Shown here piece after piece: positions 29,281-41,548 of a DNA stretch of 64,000 nucleotides. The DNA is from the human T2T-CHM13v2.0 reference genome, Homo sapiens, in NCBI RefSeq assembly GCF_009914755.1, contig NC_060944.1. One strand, written 5' to 3'. The number at the start of each line of letters is the position of its first letter. Position 1 is the first letter of the stretch. The notes beneath the pieces are model-generated. The model saw only the letters and a program-made list of their open reading frames with translations. It had not been told where the DNA came from and ran no database searches. The translations under genes were made by a program, and so were the position numbers.

Positions 29281-30204
29281 GTCCATCCACCCTTCCAACC
29301 ATACACCCATCCATCTGTTCATCCATGTATCCACACTTCTACCTACCCATCCATTCATCCATCCATCCTCTGTCCACCCATCCACACACCCACCCATCTA
29401 CCCATCCGTCATCCATTCATCCATCCATCCACTCAACCATCCACCCATCCATCCACCCACCTACCATCCATCCATTCATCTCTCCATTCATCCATTCATC
29501 TCTCTATCCATTCATTCATGCATCCACACATCCATCCACCCACTATCCATCCATTCATCCTTTCATCTCTCCATTCATCCATTTGTCTCTTCATCCATCC
29601 ATTCATCTCTCCACTCATCATTCGTCTCTCTACCCATCCCCTCATCTACCCATCTATCCATTCATCTCTCCATCCATCCATTCATCCATCCACCCATCCA
29701 TCCACCCACCCACCATCCTTCCATTCATCTCTCCATCCATCCATTCATCTTTCTACCTATCCATTCATCCATCCTTCCATCCATCTACCTACCCACCATC
29801 CATCTATTTATCTGTCTAACCATTCATTCATCCATCCACCCACCATCCACCCATTCATTTCTCCATTCATCTCTCCATCCATTCACCCATCCATTCACCC
29901 ACCCACCATCCATCCATTCATCTCTCCATCCATCCATTTGTCTCTCCATCCATTCATCTCTCCACTCATCCTTTCATCTCTCCATCCATTTATCTATCCA
30001 TCTATCCATTCATCTCTCTCTCCATCCATTCATTCATCCACCCATCCATCCATCCACCCACCCACCCACCATCCATCCATTCATCTCTCTATCCATTCAT
30101 CCATCCGTATATCCATCCTTCCACCCACCTACCATCCATCCATTGATTTCTACACCCATTCGTTCATCTCTCCATTCATCCATTCATCCATCCACCCATC
30201 CATC
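29281..30204. repeat. About 920-bp degenerate (TCCA/CCAT/TCAT)n microsatellite
   Basis: Continuous ccatccattcatctctccatccacccacc pattern, almost G-free on the + strand. Confidence 0.95.
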
Positions 30205-30749
30205 CTCAGTGCTCTCACCCTCAGACTATCTCATTGCTCCTGACAGCAGCAGGCCCCTAAGCCAGAACTCTGGCATAACCACAGCACCCAGCTCCAGCTA
30301 CTGTTTCAAAACGCTTAAGGCCTTTCAAGTAAACGAAAAACCGAACAGGCAAAAAAATTGCGTCATGAGTTGCTGTCCTTAAAACTGTTTCAACATTTGA
30401 AAACTCCCTGTCGAGGATAAAGGTAATAAGTTTTTGACAGTGGTGGACAATTCTTCCAGGTGTTTGGGGAAAGCCATTCCATTTGGCTTACCTATGAACA
30501 CTACATAAACTTTCTGACTTGATGCTGAAGCCTAGCCCTGAGGAAGATTTTAGGACCAGAGCAGTCTCCTTGATTGTTTTCCTAAATCATCAGCAACAAA
30601 AATGTGGACTTAGAGAAAGAAGTGTGTTCACCCAGATTTCTCCTTAGAGGAAATGTTAGGTTTTTCTAGGAAAGTCCATCTTAGGCCGGATGAAAACAGT
30701 GATTCACCCGGTCATGGATGAGACGTGTATTGCGATCAGCTCTGTGGCT

Positions 30750-31490
30750 GGTGTTGAGGTCCGCAGTGGGCCACTCAGTCACGGTTCCTGTCCTGAAGCA
30801 CTATACATTGCTGGTGGAGACAGGCGGTAAAGGCAAGAACAGATGGGAGGAGAAGAAACTGTTAGAACACGGAAGGAACCACAGGGAGAGTGGAGCACAG
30901 GGATGGGATGGGCAGTGAGGGGCAGGCTGGGATGGGGAGCAAGGCTGTAGATGGGACGTGCCAGCCAAGGCCTCTCCGAGGAGCCAGATGCTGAACTGGG
31001 CCTGCATGGCAAGGAGCCGGCTGTGCACAGGTCAGGCAGAGACCCGCAAGTGCAAAGGCCCTGGGGTAGGAATGAGCTGGGCACACCCAAGGAATGGAAA
31101 GGTCTGTGCGGTGAAAATATGAGTGAGGGAAAGGGAGGGAGGGGCCTGGGGGAGGGCAGGAGCAGGTCCCAGGGCCCCCAGCCAGTAGGAGGTTGGGTGT
31201 AGCTCCAATGCAGGAAAAAGCCTGCAAGGAGCCATCTGATTGTCCGTCTATCATCCCCTGGATGCCTTTGGCTGCCTGGTGGGGCTGGAAGGTTAAGGCG
31301 AGAGCTGCCCCAGAGCCCCAGGGAGGAGAGAGTTGCCCTGAGGAGAGATGTGGGGGCCTGGGCTAGGACAGTAGAGGCGTGAAGGTGAGGAGGGGAAAGC
31401 GGGGGCCCAGATGGCCTGCAGGGAAGGACCCAGAGGACTTAGGGAGAGGCAGGTGGAGGAAAGGGAGCCATCGAGGCTGGCTCCTGGGTT
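30750..31490 (-). mobile_element. L2 fragment (degenerate)
   Basis: aaggcctctccgaggag...tgctgaactgggcctg...aagtgcaaaggccctggggtaggaatgagctgg. Boundaries approximate. Confidence 0.55.
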
Positions 31491-31896
31491 TTCAGCCCAC
31501 CCTGCTGTTGAGGTGACAGCACCCAGCATCCCCACTGCTCAGGAGGTGCCCACGTGTGGGGTGCCATGGGGATACTGTGCACATCTGTCCCCCCTCCTGC
31601 ACATCTGTCTCTTCCCACTCCCTCCTCACCTCTTGTTATTAAAGAGGCTTCCTGCCCCAGCCCAAGGGCCTCTTCCAAGATGCAGCTGCTGGGTGCGCGG
31701 GAGTTAAGTCTGCTGGGCTGATTCCCGGGCTCTGTGTTCAGCTCTCCAGGATGCTGCAGGAAAGCAGGAAATCAAATAAGGCCATTGACACCTCACCCAC
31801 AATCTTTATTCTATTGTCTCTTAGTCCACCCCAAAAAATGTAAATCAAAATAAATCAGAATATCTTTAGATGATGCTGTGTGTGTGTGTGTGTGTA

Positions 31897-32502
<606 letters not shown>

Positions 32503-32797
32503 CAGATGGTGCAGTCTTAATGGGAGCAATGTCACTCCCAAGCAGAGCAAACATTAGTTCTTGGCGACAAAAAAAACAACTTAGATATTATAATGGATGG
32601 TGGCCCTCCAAAGGCACATAAACAGATTTCATGGCTGGAAGAGGCAACTGGGAAAGAAAAATTTTAAAAAGGCTCTGGGGGCTAGGGGGATAATAAGAGA
32701 CATTGAGAAACATCGCTCTGGGACCCATAAAGCGGCCCCCGAGGTCAGGGTGCTCCCTGGACAGTCATTTTCAGGATCCCAGCAAGAATGAGGCTGA

Positions 32798-33400
<603 letters not shown>

Positions 33401-34246
33401 GAATGAGCCTGAAATAAGTGAATACCTCTCACCCTGGCAGCTCAGGAGGTGTTTAAGCCTGGGCCCCTGGGAGAACTCTGATGTGAGTACTTCTTTGAGA
33501 GGTGGAGGAGACACAGGGTGGGGCAGGGAAGTGAACCAATGAAGGGGAGGCAGGCCAGTAAATGATGTGTTATCAAGACACCCGCCTGGGGGCAGCTGGA
33601 CATCCCACTAAGCCAGCCCTGGGAACCCGTCGTTCCCCCACTTCCGCCACTGTGTTGAGGTCCTGGGGTGCTCATACACCAAGTCCCTTGGTCCTTGGTT
33701 GGAGGCTGTTCCCAAGGACATTAATTCCTCAGCATTTTCAGCCTGTCAAGTGGGTAGCAAAGGTGGCTCAGCGGGAAGAGAAAGGCCACTGGCAAAGAGT
33801 CACAGGTGCTGGTTGGAAGTTGGCAAATGTGCCCTGAAATGATAACATCAGGCAGACATGGGTGGGCACCCACAGCTTCTGCTACAATAGCACGTCCTTG
33901 GACTGGACACAGGCTCCATGACTCTCCCCCAAACCACCTATGGCTGGTCCCATGCACCTAGGACCAAAAAGAAGCTCTAACCCAGGCCAGCAGGACTGCA
34001 AAGTACATGATCACACAGTCCCGCAAGTGGGTCCTGCCTGCCTGCTCTCAGACCTGCCACAGGGCTCATTGCTCCAGGCACTGTGGGCATTTTAGGATGT
34101 TCTTAAATGTAACTATGCGCCTTATAGGAAGAACGTCAAACTGGCCTAATTCCTGAGCCACTCCTGAAGTGGTTCCCTCTGTCCTAATGTTTGTCAGAGT
34201 TTTCTTGGTTTCTTAAATATCAGTAGAACAGAGTGTTCCTCCACTG

Positions 34247-34716
34247 GGATGATGGTGATAAAGGTGGGAGTGGTGGTGATGATGTTTATGATGAGGATGA
34301 TGATGGTTATAATGGTGAGGGTGATGATGTTGATGTTGATGATGGTGGTGATGGTGGTGGTGATAATGGTGATGATGGAAATGGTGATGGTGATGATGAT
34401 GGTAGTGATGATGGTGATGGTAGTGATAATGGTGATGATGATGGTGATGGTAGTGATGGTGGTGATGATGGTAATGGTAGTGATGATGGTGATGGTAGTG
34501 ATAATGGTGATGATGGTGATGATGATGGTAGTAATGATGATGATGGTAGTGATGATGGTGATGGTAGTGATAATGGTGATGATGGTGATGGTGATGATGG
34601 TGATGATGATGGTAGTGATAATGGGGATGATGATGGTGATGGTAGTGATGATGGTGATGATGGTAATGGTAGTGATGATGGTAGTGGTAAGGATGATGGG
34701 GTTGGTGATCATAATA
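34247..34716. repeat. Degenerate (GAT/GGT)n trinucleotide array
   Basis: gatggtgatgatggtagtgat over about 470 bp. Confidence 0.95.
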
Positions 34717-35367
34717 ATTAAGAGGAGGACAAGGGCTAGTATTTATCATTGCTACCAGCTACCATGTGAGTTTCATACAGATCATCTCTAAAATCCTAAG
34801 TTTTAGTCCTCATAAAAGCCATCACCTTCCCAGCAATCACTTTGTACTGACCCTTTCTTCACCATAGTATCCTGAGCCCCATCAGCCAGTTGCTCTCCTG
34901 TGTACCAGGGACAGAATGGAATGATTACTGTGAATGAGATGCAGCCTCTGCCTTTAAGGAGCCCCCAGGAAGGTGAGAGGAATGACAGGTGAGCAGGAAG
35001 TCACATCATGGTGGCGTAAATGAGACACTCAGGGTGACAATGGGAGCCCCCCAGGACGACACATACGTTGTGCTTGGGGAGACTGAGGCAGGCTTCACAG
35101 GGGAAGAGAGGCGTGAGCAGAAAACAGAACAAAAAGGCATCATCCCCTTAAAGCAGGAGGGCATCAAGGCAGAGAGAAGGGCAGGGAGGCCAGTAGGCCA
35201 CTGGGATGTGCAGCTTGCTTTGCCTGTCTGGAACATACCAGAGGCGGGGCCAGGAGTGTGGACTCAGGAAGGAGGGAGGCTGGGCCCCAGGACCATAAGA
35301 GCCACTGGGCTGGAGTTTCATTCACACAGCCACCCTGGAAGGCTGCCTGGGACAGAAGCAATGTTGC

Positions 35368-35430
35368 ATGAGTGAATGAATGAATGAGTGAATGAATGAA
35401 TGAGTGAGTGAATGAATGAATGAGTGGATG
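35368..35430. repeat. (GAAT/GAGT)n microsatellite among L2 fragments
   Basis: atgagtgaatgaatgaatgagtgaatgaatgaa. Confidence 0.88.
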
Positions 35431-35699
35431 GAGGATGAAGATTCTCAGAGCTGTGCTAAGAAGGGCGGGCTTTGTCCTGAGAGTACGAGAACCTTTGCTG
35501 AGCTTTCAGGCATTGAGTGACATGGTCAGATCTGTGCTTACCTTAATCCATGCTTCCCCTCCCACTCCCCACACAGCAAGCTGGACCCTGGTGGAAGGCA
35601 AGGGCAGGGCTGGCCCCTCCCCCTCCCTCAAGCCCAGATCACCATCCAGGGAGGCTCCCGGACCGCTGCCTCCTCACCCTGAGGGGCCACTGGCTGTTT

Positions 35700-35870
35700 A
35701 CAGTCCTTCCCTGCACTGCCCTGGCCTGTGAGGCGAGGAGTGTTATCATTTTACTCCTATCGTTTTACTGAGGTTCAGAGAGGCTGAGTGACTCCCCTGA
35801 GGCCACACAGCCAGGAATCTCCAGAGCAGGACCCTGACCCATCCCTTCTGCATCCAGGGCACATGACAAC
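35700..35870 (-). mobile_element. MIR fragment
   Basis: actgaggttcagagaggctgagtgactcccctgaggccacacagccagga. Confidence 0.65.
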
Positions 35871-36729
35871 CGCTCAAAGCCGCTCTCTGGCCCCTCCACC
35901 CCACACTCTATTTACAGCCCAGCACGGGCCAGGGCTGCCCAGGAGGACTCAGCTTGGGTTATCACCTTCTGACACAGACGTCACTACCCCCAGCCCTGCG
36001 TCCTACAGCCTCACTGGGCCCACTGCCCTGCCTCCCATTTCCTGGAAAGGGGCATCCTGTAGGAATAGATGAGGTCCTGCTTGCCATCCTCCCGGGCCCT
36101 GTAGTGGCCCCCGACCATTGCTCTGGCTTGGGAAAGGAAGGACCAAAGGATTTGATTATTTCTCTGCTTGGCCACCCCTGGGGTGTGGTTAGCCCTGAGA
36201 AAGTCACTTTGATTACAGAGCCAGGGTCTCACATGAAGGCTGAGGTGAGGCTCCATGGTGTGGAAGCCGCCCAGAGGTGTCAGGGCCCAAGGGGAGCTTT
36301 GACCCTGTGGCTCCCAGCACCCCCATCCTGCTGGGAAATGCTAGAAACTGGAGTATGTGAGAACCGAGGGGTGGGAGGGAGAAAATGGAGCTACCGAGCA
36401 GAAACCGTTTCCAGGGCTTCTGCTGAAGTGGGAAATCTCCCACTCCATCGAGAAATTATTTAACTTTCACGCTGCCTTCCTGACAGTGAGGCTCGCGTGC
36501 CCATGCCGGCTTGCTTGGGAGCGCCATACAGCGCCAGCTGTGGCATCAGCTCCCCACTGGGGAGGCAGTGCCAGCCACTCTCCTGGGTGGCCGGGTAAGA
36601 GGGGGTGAGAGCTGCTCTCTGAAGGCTGGGACAGGAAGAGCCCCCCCCCCAACACTGGCCAGCTCCTGGTGGACACAAGTCCCTCCTCTCCCCGAGCATT
36701 GGAAGAACAATAATGCCGTTGCCAAGTCA

Positions 36730-36893
36730 AAGGGCTCACACCATCCACTGCCCAAGGTGGGGAAGGGTTCACACCATCCATTCCGCAGGGTGGGGAAGGG
36801 TTCACACCAGCCACTGCCCAGGATGGGGAAGGGCTCACACCATCCATTCCCCAGGGTGGGGAAGGCTCACGCCATCCACTGCCCAGGGTGGGG
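36730..36893. repeat. 33-bp minisatellite x5 (aagggctcacaccatccactgcccaaggtgggg)
   Basis: Read directly. Gives an 11-aa periodicity in the overlapping ORF. Confidence 0.9.
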
Positions 36894-37063
36894 ACGAGCA
36901 GGAAAGAGGCTGAAACTGCACAGCGGGGAGGTAAGCGTTGGATCTGGCAGCTGAGCTGCACTTCCCCACAGCCCAAAATCAAGCAGTCCTGGCTTACATG
37001 AAGCTGGGGTTGTATCAAAACAAAACAAAACCACACCACCTGGTGGGCTTGATAAAAACATCC

Positions 37064-37357
37064 GGCCTCTGGCAGTGGCTCATGTTGCAATGCCAGTGCT
37101 TTGGGAGGCAGGTGGATCACTTGAGCCCAGAAGTTCGAGACCAGCCTAGGCAAGATAGCAAGATCCCATCTCTACAAAACAATAAAAAAAAATTGCCAGG
37201 CGTGGTGGGGCACACCTGTAGTCCCAGCTCCTCGGGAGGCTGAGGCAGCAGGATTGCTTGAGCACAGGAATTCAAGGCTGCAGTGAGCTGTGATAGTGAC
37301 ACTGCACTCCAGCCTGGCTGACAAAGTGAGACCCCGTCTCTACAAAAAACAAAAAAG
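37064..37357 (+). mobile_element. AluJ
   Basis: gatcacttgagcccagaagttcgag...ggattgcttgagcacaggaattcaaggctgcagtgagctgtgat (J diagnostics). Confidence 0.88.
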
Positions 37358-40300
37358 ACAAATGTCCGGCCAGGCCTCCCCACTGAGGTTCTGGCGGAGA
37401 AGCCCAGGCGGAGAGATCGGCATCTTTTCCAGCTTCTCAGGTAGGGCATGGCTGCAGGACACGGACCGCAGGTTAGGGCAAGCTGCGGGCCTCACGGGGC
37501 CCTGTGTGCTGGGGGACAGTGCTTGCTCATCCTAGAGTTTTTCTAGAGAAAGCCAAAATGGAAAAGCACCACTCCGGGGTCAGCTCCAGCCTCACTGAGC
37601 GTCCACAGCCAGCCTCTCTGAGTCTCGCTGTCACATCCATGAGCAGTTCCTTTGACACCCCTCGCCCGGGTCACACCGTCAGTCACCGCCCTCTCACCCT
37701 GCGCCTCTCCTGAGCCAGCAGCCATAACCCCCGCCCCGCCCGGCCCTGCCCCCGGCTCTGTGGCAGCACCTCCTGCCAGGAGCACCCTCAGCTCCCTGCG
37801 GGAGCACGCAGCAACAGAGGGGAGGGGGTGTGGTCCCGCCTCACACGCATCCCCGCTGTGGGCGGCCCCTCGCTGCGCCTCAGCCTCTCCCTGGCCCCAC
37901 GGGCCTCCACACTCCTCACATACAGAATGGGCTGTGGGTCCTCAGCCCGTCCGGACCCTCCGCTCCTTTCCTGCTACCTCCGTGCGCAGCAGGCCTTGTG
38001 GGGTGTGGTCCAGAGCGTGGCCCCGGGGTGCATCGCGCTGATTCCACTGCAGGCGGGTGGGCCCCTCAGGAAGAAAACTACTCAACAGACGCGGCTGCTG
38101 CATGCTCTGTGTGGAGCCACCTGAGTGTTAGACTGGCCAAGACCACATGGACAAATGCCACCTCGGCCAGGCCCCTTGCTCCTGGTGACCAGTACTCATG
38201 GACACCAGCACGCTGGGCAGAGGCTCTGAGTAACTTTCTCACAAGCCAGGGACCCTGGACAGCCTGCTTCTTCCTCCTTGCAGAAGAGGAGAGGGCCGGG
38301 CCGGCAGGAGTCCTCCACAGCAGCCCCAGGTGCCAGTGGTCAGTCTGGCAGGATGGCGGCTGTGTGTCCCGAGTCCAGCCAGGACACGGCGCTGGTCCCA
38401 GTCTCATTAGCTCACGTCGATGCGTCCTTTCCAAACTGGCAGTCAGTGAGGATTAGTCCCCACCGACCCGATGACCCGGGCTCCTTTCGCAACACAGGGC
38501 AAGGGCTGACAGCTACTGTGTTGTGATCAACAGTCCCCTGAGATTTCACTAAGCTCAAGGCTTTCTTAATGCAAACTTAAAAAGCTTTTAATGTATGTTA
38601 AGTAGATACCAGCTACTTGTCAGAGCTGTGGTTACTGAGGATTAATTTTATAGCTGCTACATTGCTCATCAACTGTTACTTGTAATTAGCCCTTATAAAT
38701 GTTTCAAAATAATCAGATAATATTTGAATAGCTTAAGTAAACTGTCTTACTACCTCTATGAGGAAATTACGTGTGGAAAGCTATAAATTGGGAATTGCAA
38801 AGAGGTAGGTCTGTGCAACTGGCTGGTGTGAGTGTTGAGTTGGGCGAAACCCAGCTGCTACCTCCAGGAGAAAAAGGTTAAATACGCTTCATAATATAAG
38901 AGGATTATTTTAAATATTCCCATGAATTTCTGGAGAACACGAGCAAGCTATGAATGTTTTGAGGCCTCAATTCCCTGCAGGCTGGTAGGGACTTTGCATT
39001 TTAGAGTCGATCTTTGTGCTAACCGTTAACCATTGGCACCTGTGCCCAGAGCCTGGGCCTGCGTTTCCAGGTGGGTTGGCATCACCCTTTGTGGTCTGGA
39101 GAGGCCAGGGGGCTGCTCTCTCCCACGTCTCAGGAGATGCGTCCTGGGCTGCTCCTCCCCACCAGGATACCACACTCAGCCTGGGCACTGGGGATAGGAG
39201 GGGTGCTGGGGTATCTGCACAAAGGGCTGTTGAGCTGGGCCCAGGGAGCTCCTCTCCATCTCTCCTGGGTCCTTCAAGCCCCTCCCAGGGTATCCCCGCT
39301 CCTGGGTGGGCAGGGCGTGGGCCCGGTCACAGCGGTAACAGATTTCCTTCCCGTGCTGCCTTCACTGATGCTCAGCCCAAAAGGCCAGTCACATGGTCAT
39401 GGCTGCCAGCCTCATAACACCACGGTCCCTGCGGGGCCTCGAGTGGGGCCTCTGCAGTGGCTCTGCCCCGCTCCCCATCTCTCATGCAACCTCCCTGAGA
39501 GCCCAGGGCCATCTCCGCTTGTCTTCATGGCCCGTCCCTTCCCATGACCCGCTCGGCTGCAGCGGCCCTCGGTGGGCACAGTCACCGGGCCGGCTTCCCC
39601 GCCTGTGCTTCCTCTGAGGGGTTCCCCAGCCCACAGCATGGTCCAGGGCCGGGTGGGGCCAGCATCCTCTACTCCCTCCTTGAAGCCTGTGCAGGGCTGC
39701 ATCTTCTTTGTGTGCAAGCAAGCGAGCGGCCTGCAGCCCCAAGGGCCCTTTGTGAGTGCTGCAAAGCCCCGAAGACCAGACCGCACTCCCTCGAGTGCAC
39801 ACACGGTGCTTCTGGGAAGCTGCCCGGCCACCAGGGGGGCAGAGCTCCTCGCCCCATGACCGGGCAGGGGCAGTTCTGCGTAGCCGACTCTTTGCCCCCT
39901 CCTTGGGCACTCCCTTTAGACTACGCCAAGAGTCCCATGCCCGCCGCAGGGCTGACCCAGCTTCAGGGCCACTGTCACTGCAACCATTTGCTGCACTCTT
40001 ACCTTATGGCTCCACGGGGGATGGTGCTTCTCCCACCACTATCCTTGTGAATCTCCTCATCGCCCCCCACAGAAAGGAAATGGAGCCCAGAGAGGGTAAA
40101 ACACCTGCCCAAAGACACACAGCCAAGACAGGGCAGAGCGGGGCTGCAGTGTGAGCCCTTCAGCTCCAGGACCACTGCCTGCCCTTAGGACCTGACAACC
40201 TTAAGTCCCCAGGATATGGGCAGGGGGCTCACAGGAAGTGCTGGCAGTGCCCCGCTCAAGGCAGAGCCTCAGGCAGGCCGAGAGCACAGATGGCCTCTTG

Positions 40301-41035
40301 GACACACCCCAAGGGGCCGGGGCTGGGAGACAGATGGGCTGGAACTCCCTGCCTTCCCTTGCCTGATAACAGGCCCACTGGGGACCCTGGGGCGTGTAAC
40401 CTCTGGCACTCCACATCCTTAGAGCCCACCAGTGAGAATGGCCAGTGTCCACTCCACAGTGGCCTCGGGCCCATCTGCGCCACACATAGGGTAGGCCTGG
40501 GCATGGCTGCAGGGCCCTCCTGGGACCCTCCAAGCATCTTGGTTGGGGGCAGCTACGAGGGGCACTGATTGTCCCCTTCTCATCTGTCAGTTTGGGCACT
40601 GCAACCCCAGGCTTGGTTTTCGGTGGGGGCTTGAGAAACCCACCTTCTGCAGTGACATTAGTCCTCAGGACGCCACAGCACCGGGGCTCCTGACTCCCGT
40701 TGGGAGGTGTTGAGGGCTTGGGGACAAAAGGCATGGACAGCAGCACCTCTCAGTGTCTGCAGGCTGCAGCGGGAGAGCCGGCAGAAAGCAGGGTGGTCCC
40801 CCGACACCTAGACATTGGGGGAGTGGGGTCAGGCAGCCTCTGGGCAGGGCCAGGGTGTCCAGCCGCATCAGCCAAGCGTCTCTCTAGGGTTGAGGGCATC
40901 AACCACAAACACTGGTGTGTGTGGTTAAAGCCATGGACCCTCAGAGTTCTGAGACGTCATCCCGAAGCCACCTGTCCTCTTCTTTGTGTCTCTGAAGTGC
41001 CGAAGTAGGTGTTCCTTCAGTGGTCACTCCCTGTC

Positions 41036-41548
41036 TGTGTGAGTTGCCGGGAGCTGCTGTCACAAATCACCACAAACCAGGTGGCAGAGAACAGCCCCGT
41101 GTAGCCCCACATGGTGCTGGAGGTCAGAGTCAGAGGTTAGTTTCTGTGGGTCAAAGTCAAGGGTCAGCAGGGCCATGCTCCCACTGGAGGCCCTAGGGGA
41201 GGACCCATCTCCTGCCCTTTCCCGTTTCTAGAGGCTCCTGCCCCACCTCTGTGGCTCCTGGCCCCTTGCTCTGTCTTCAAGGGCAGCAGCACAGCCTCCT
41301 CCAGCCTCTCTCTGCTTTCTTTCCACATCACCTTCTCCTCTGTAGTCAAAGCTCCCTCTCCTGCCCTCCATAAGGACCCTTCACATGGCCTTGAGGGGCC
41401 CCTGGGAAATCCAGGATGGGCCTCATCTCAAGATCCTTCACTCCATCACGTCTGCAAACTCTCTTTTGCCATGGAAGGTGGCATTCACTGGTCCCAGGAT
41501 GAGAACCCAGATGTCTCTGGCAGCCGGATTCAGCCAGCCTTGCTGCCA
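41036..41548 (-). mobile_element. MLT1 (D/E-like) solo LTR
   Basis: gctgctgtcacaaatcaccacaaac...cagcagggccatgctccc...tttctagaggct...aatccaggat...catctcaagatccttcactccatcacgtctgcaaac. Confidence 0.82.

Noticed and set aside
29243-30382. 379-aa His/Pro/Ser/Ile-rich ORF
   Set aside because: Translation of a nearly G-free (CCAT)n tract that lacks stop codons by composition.
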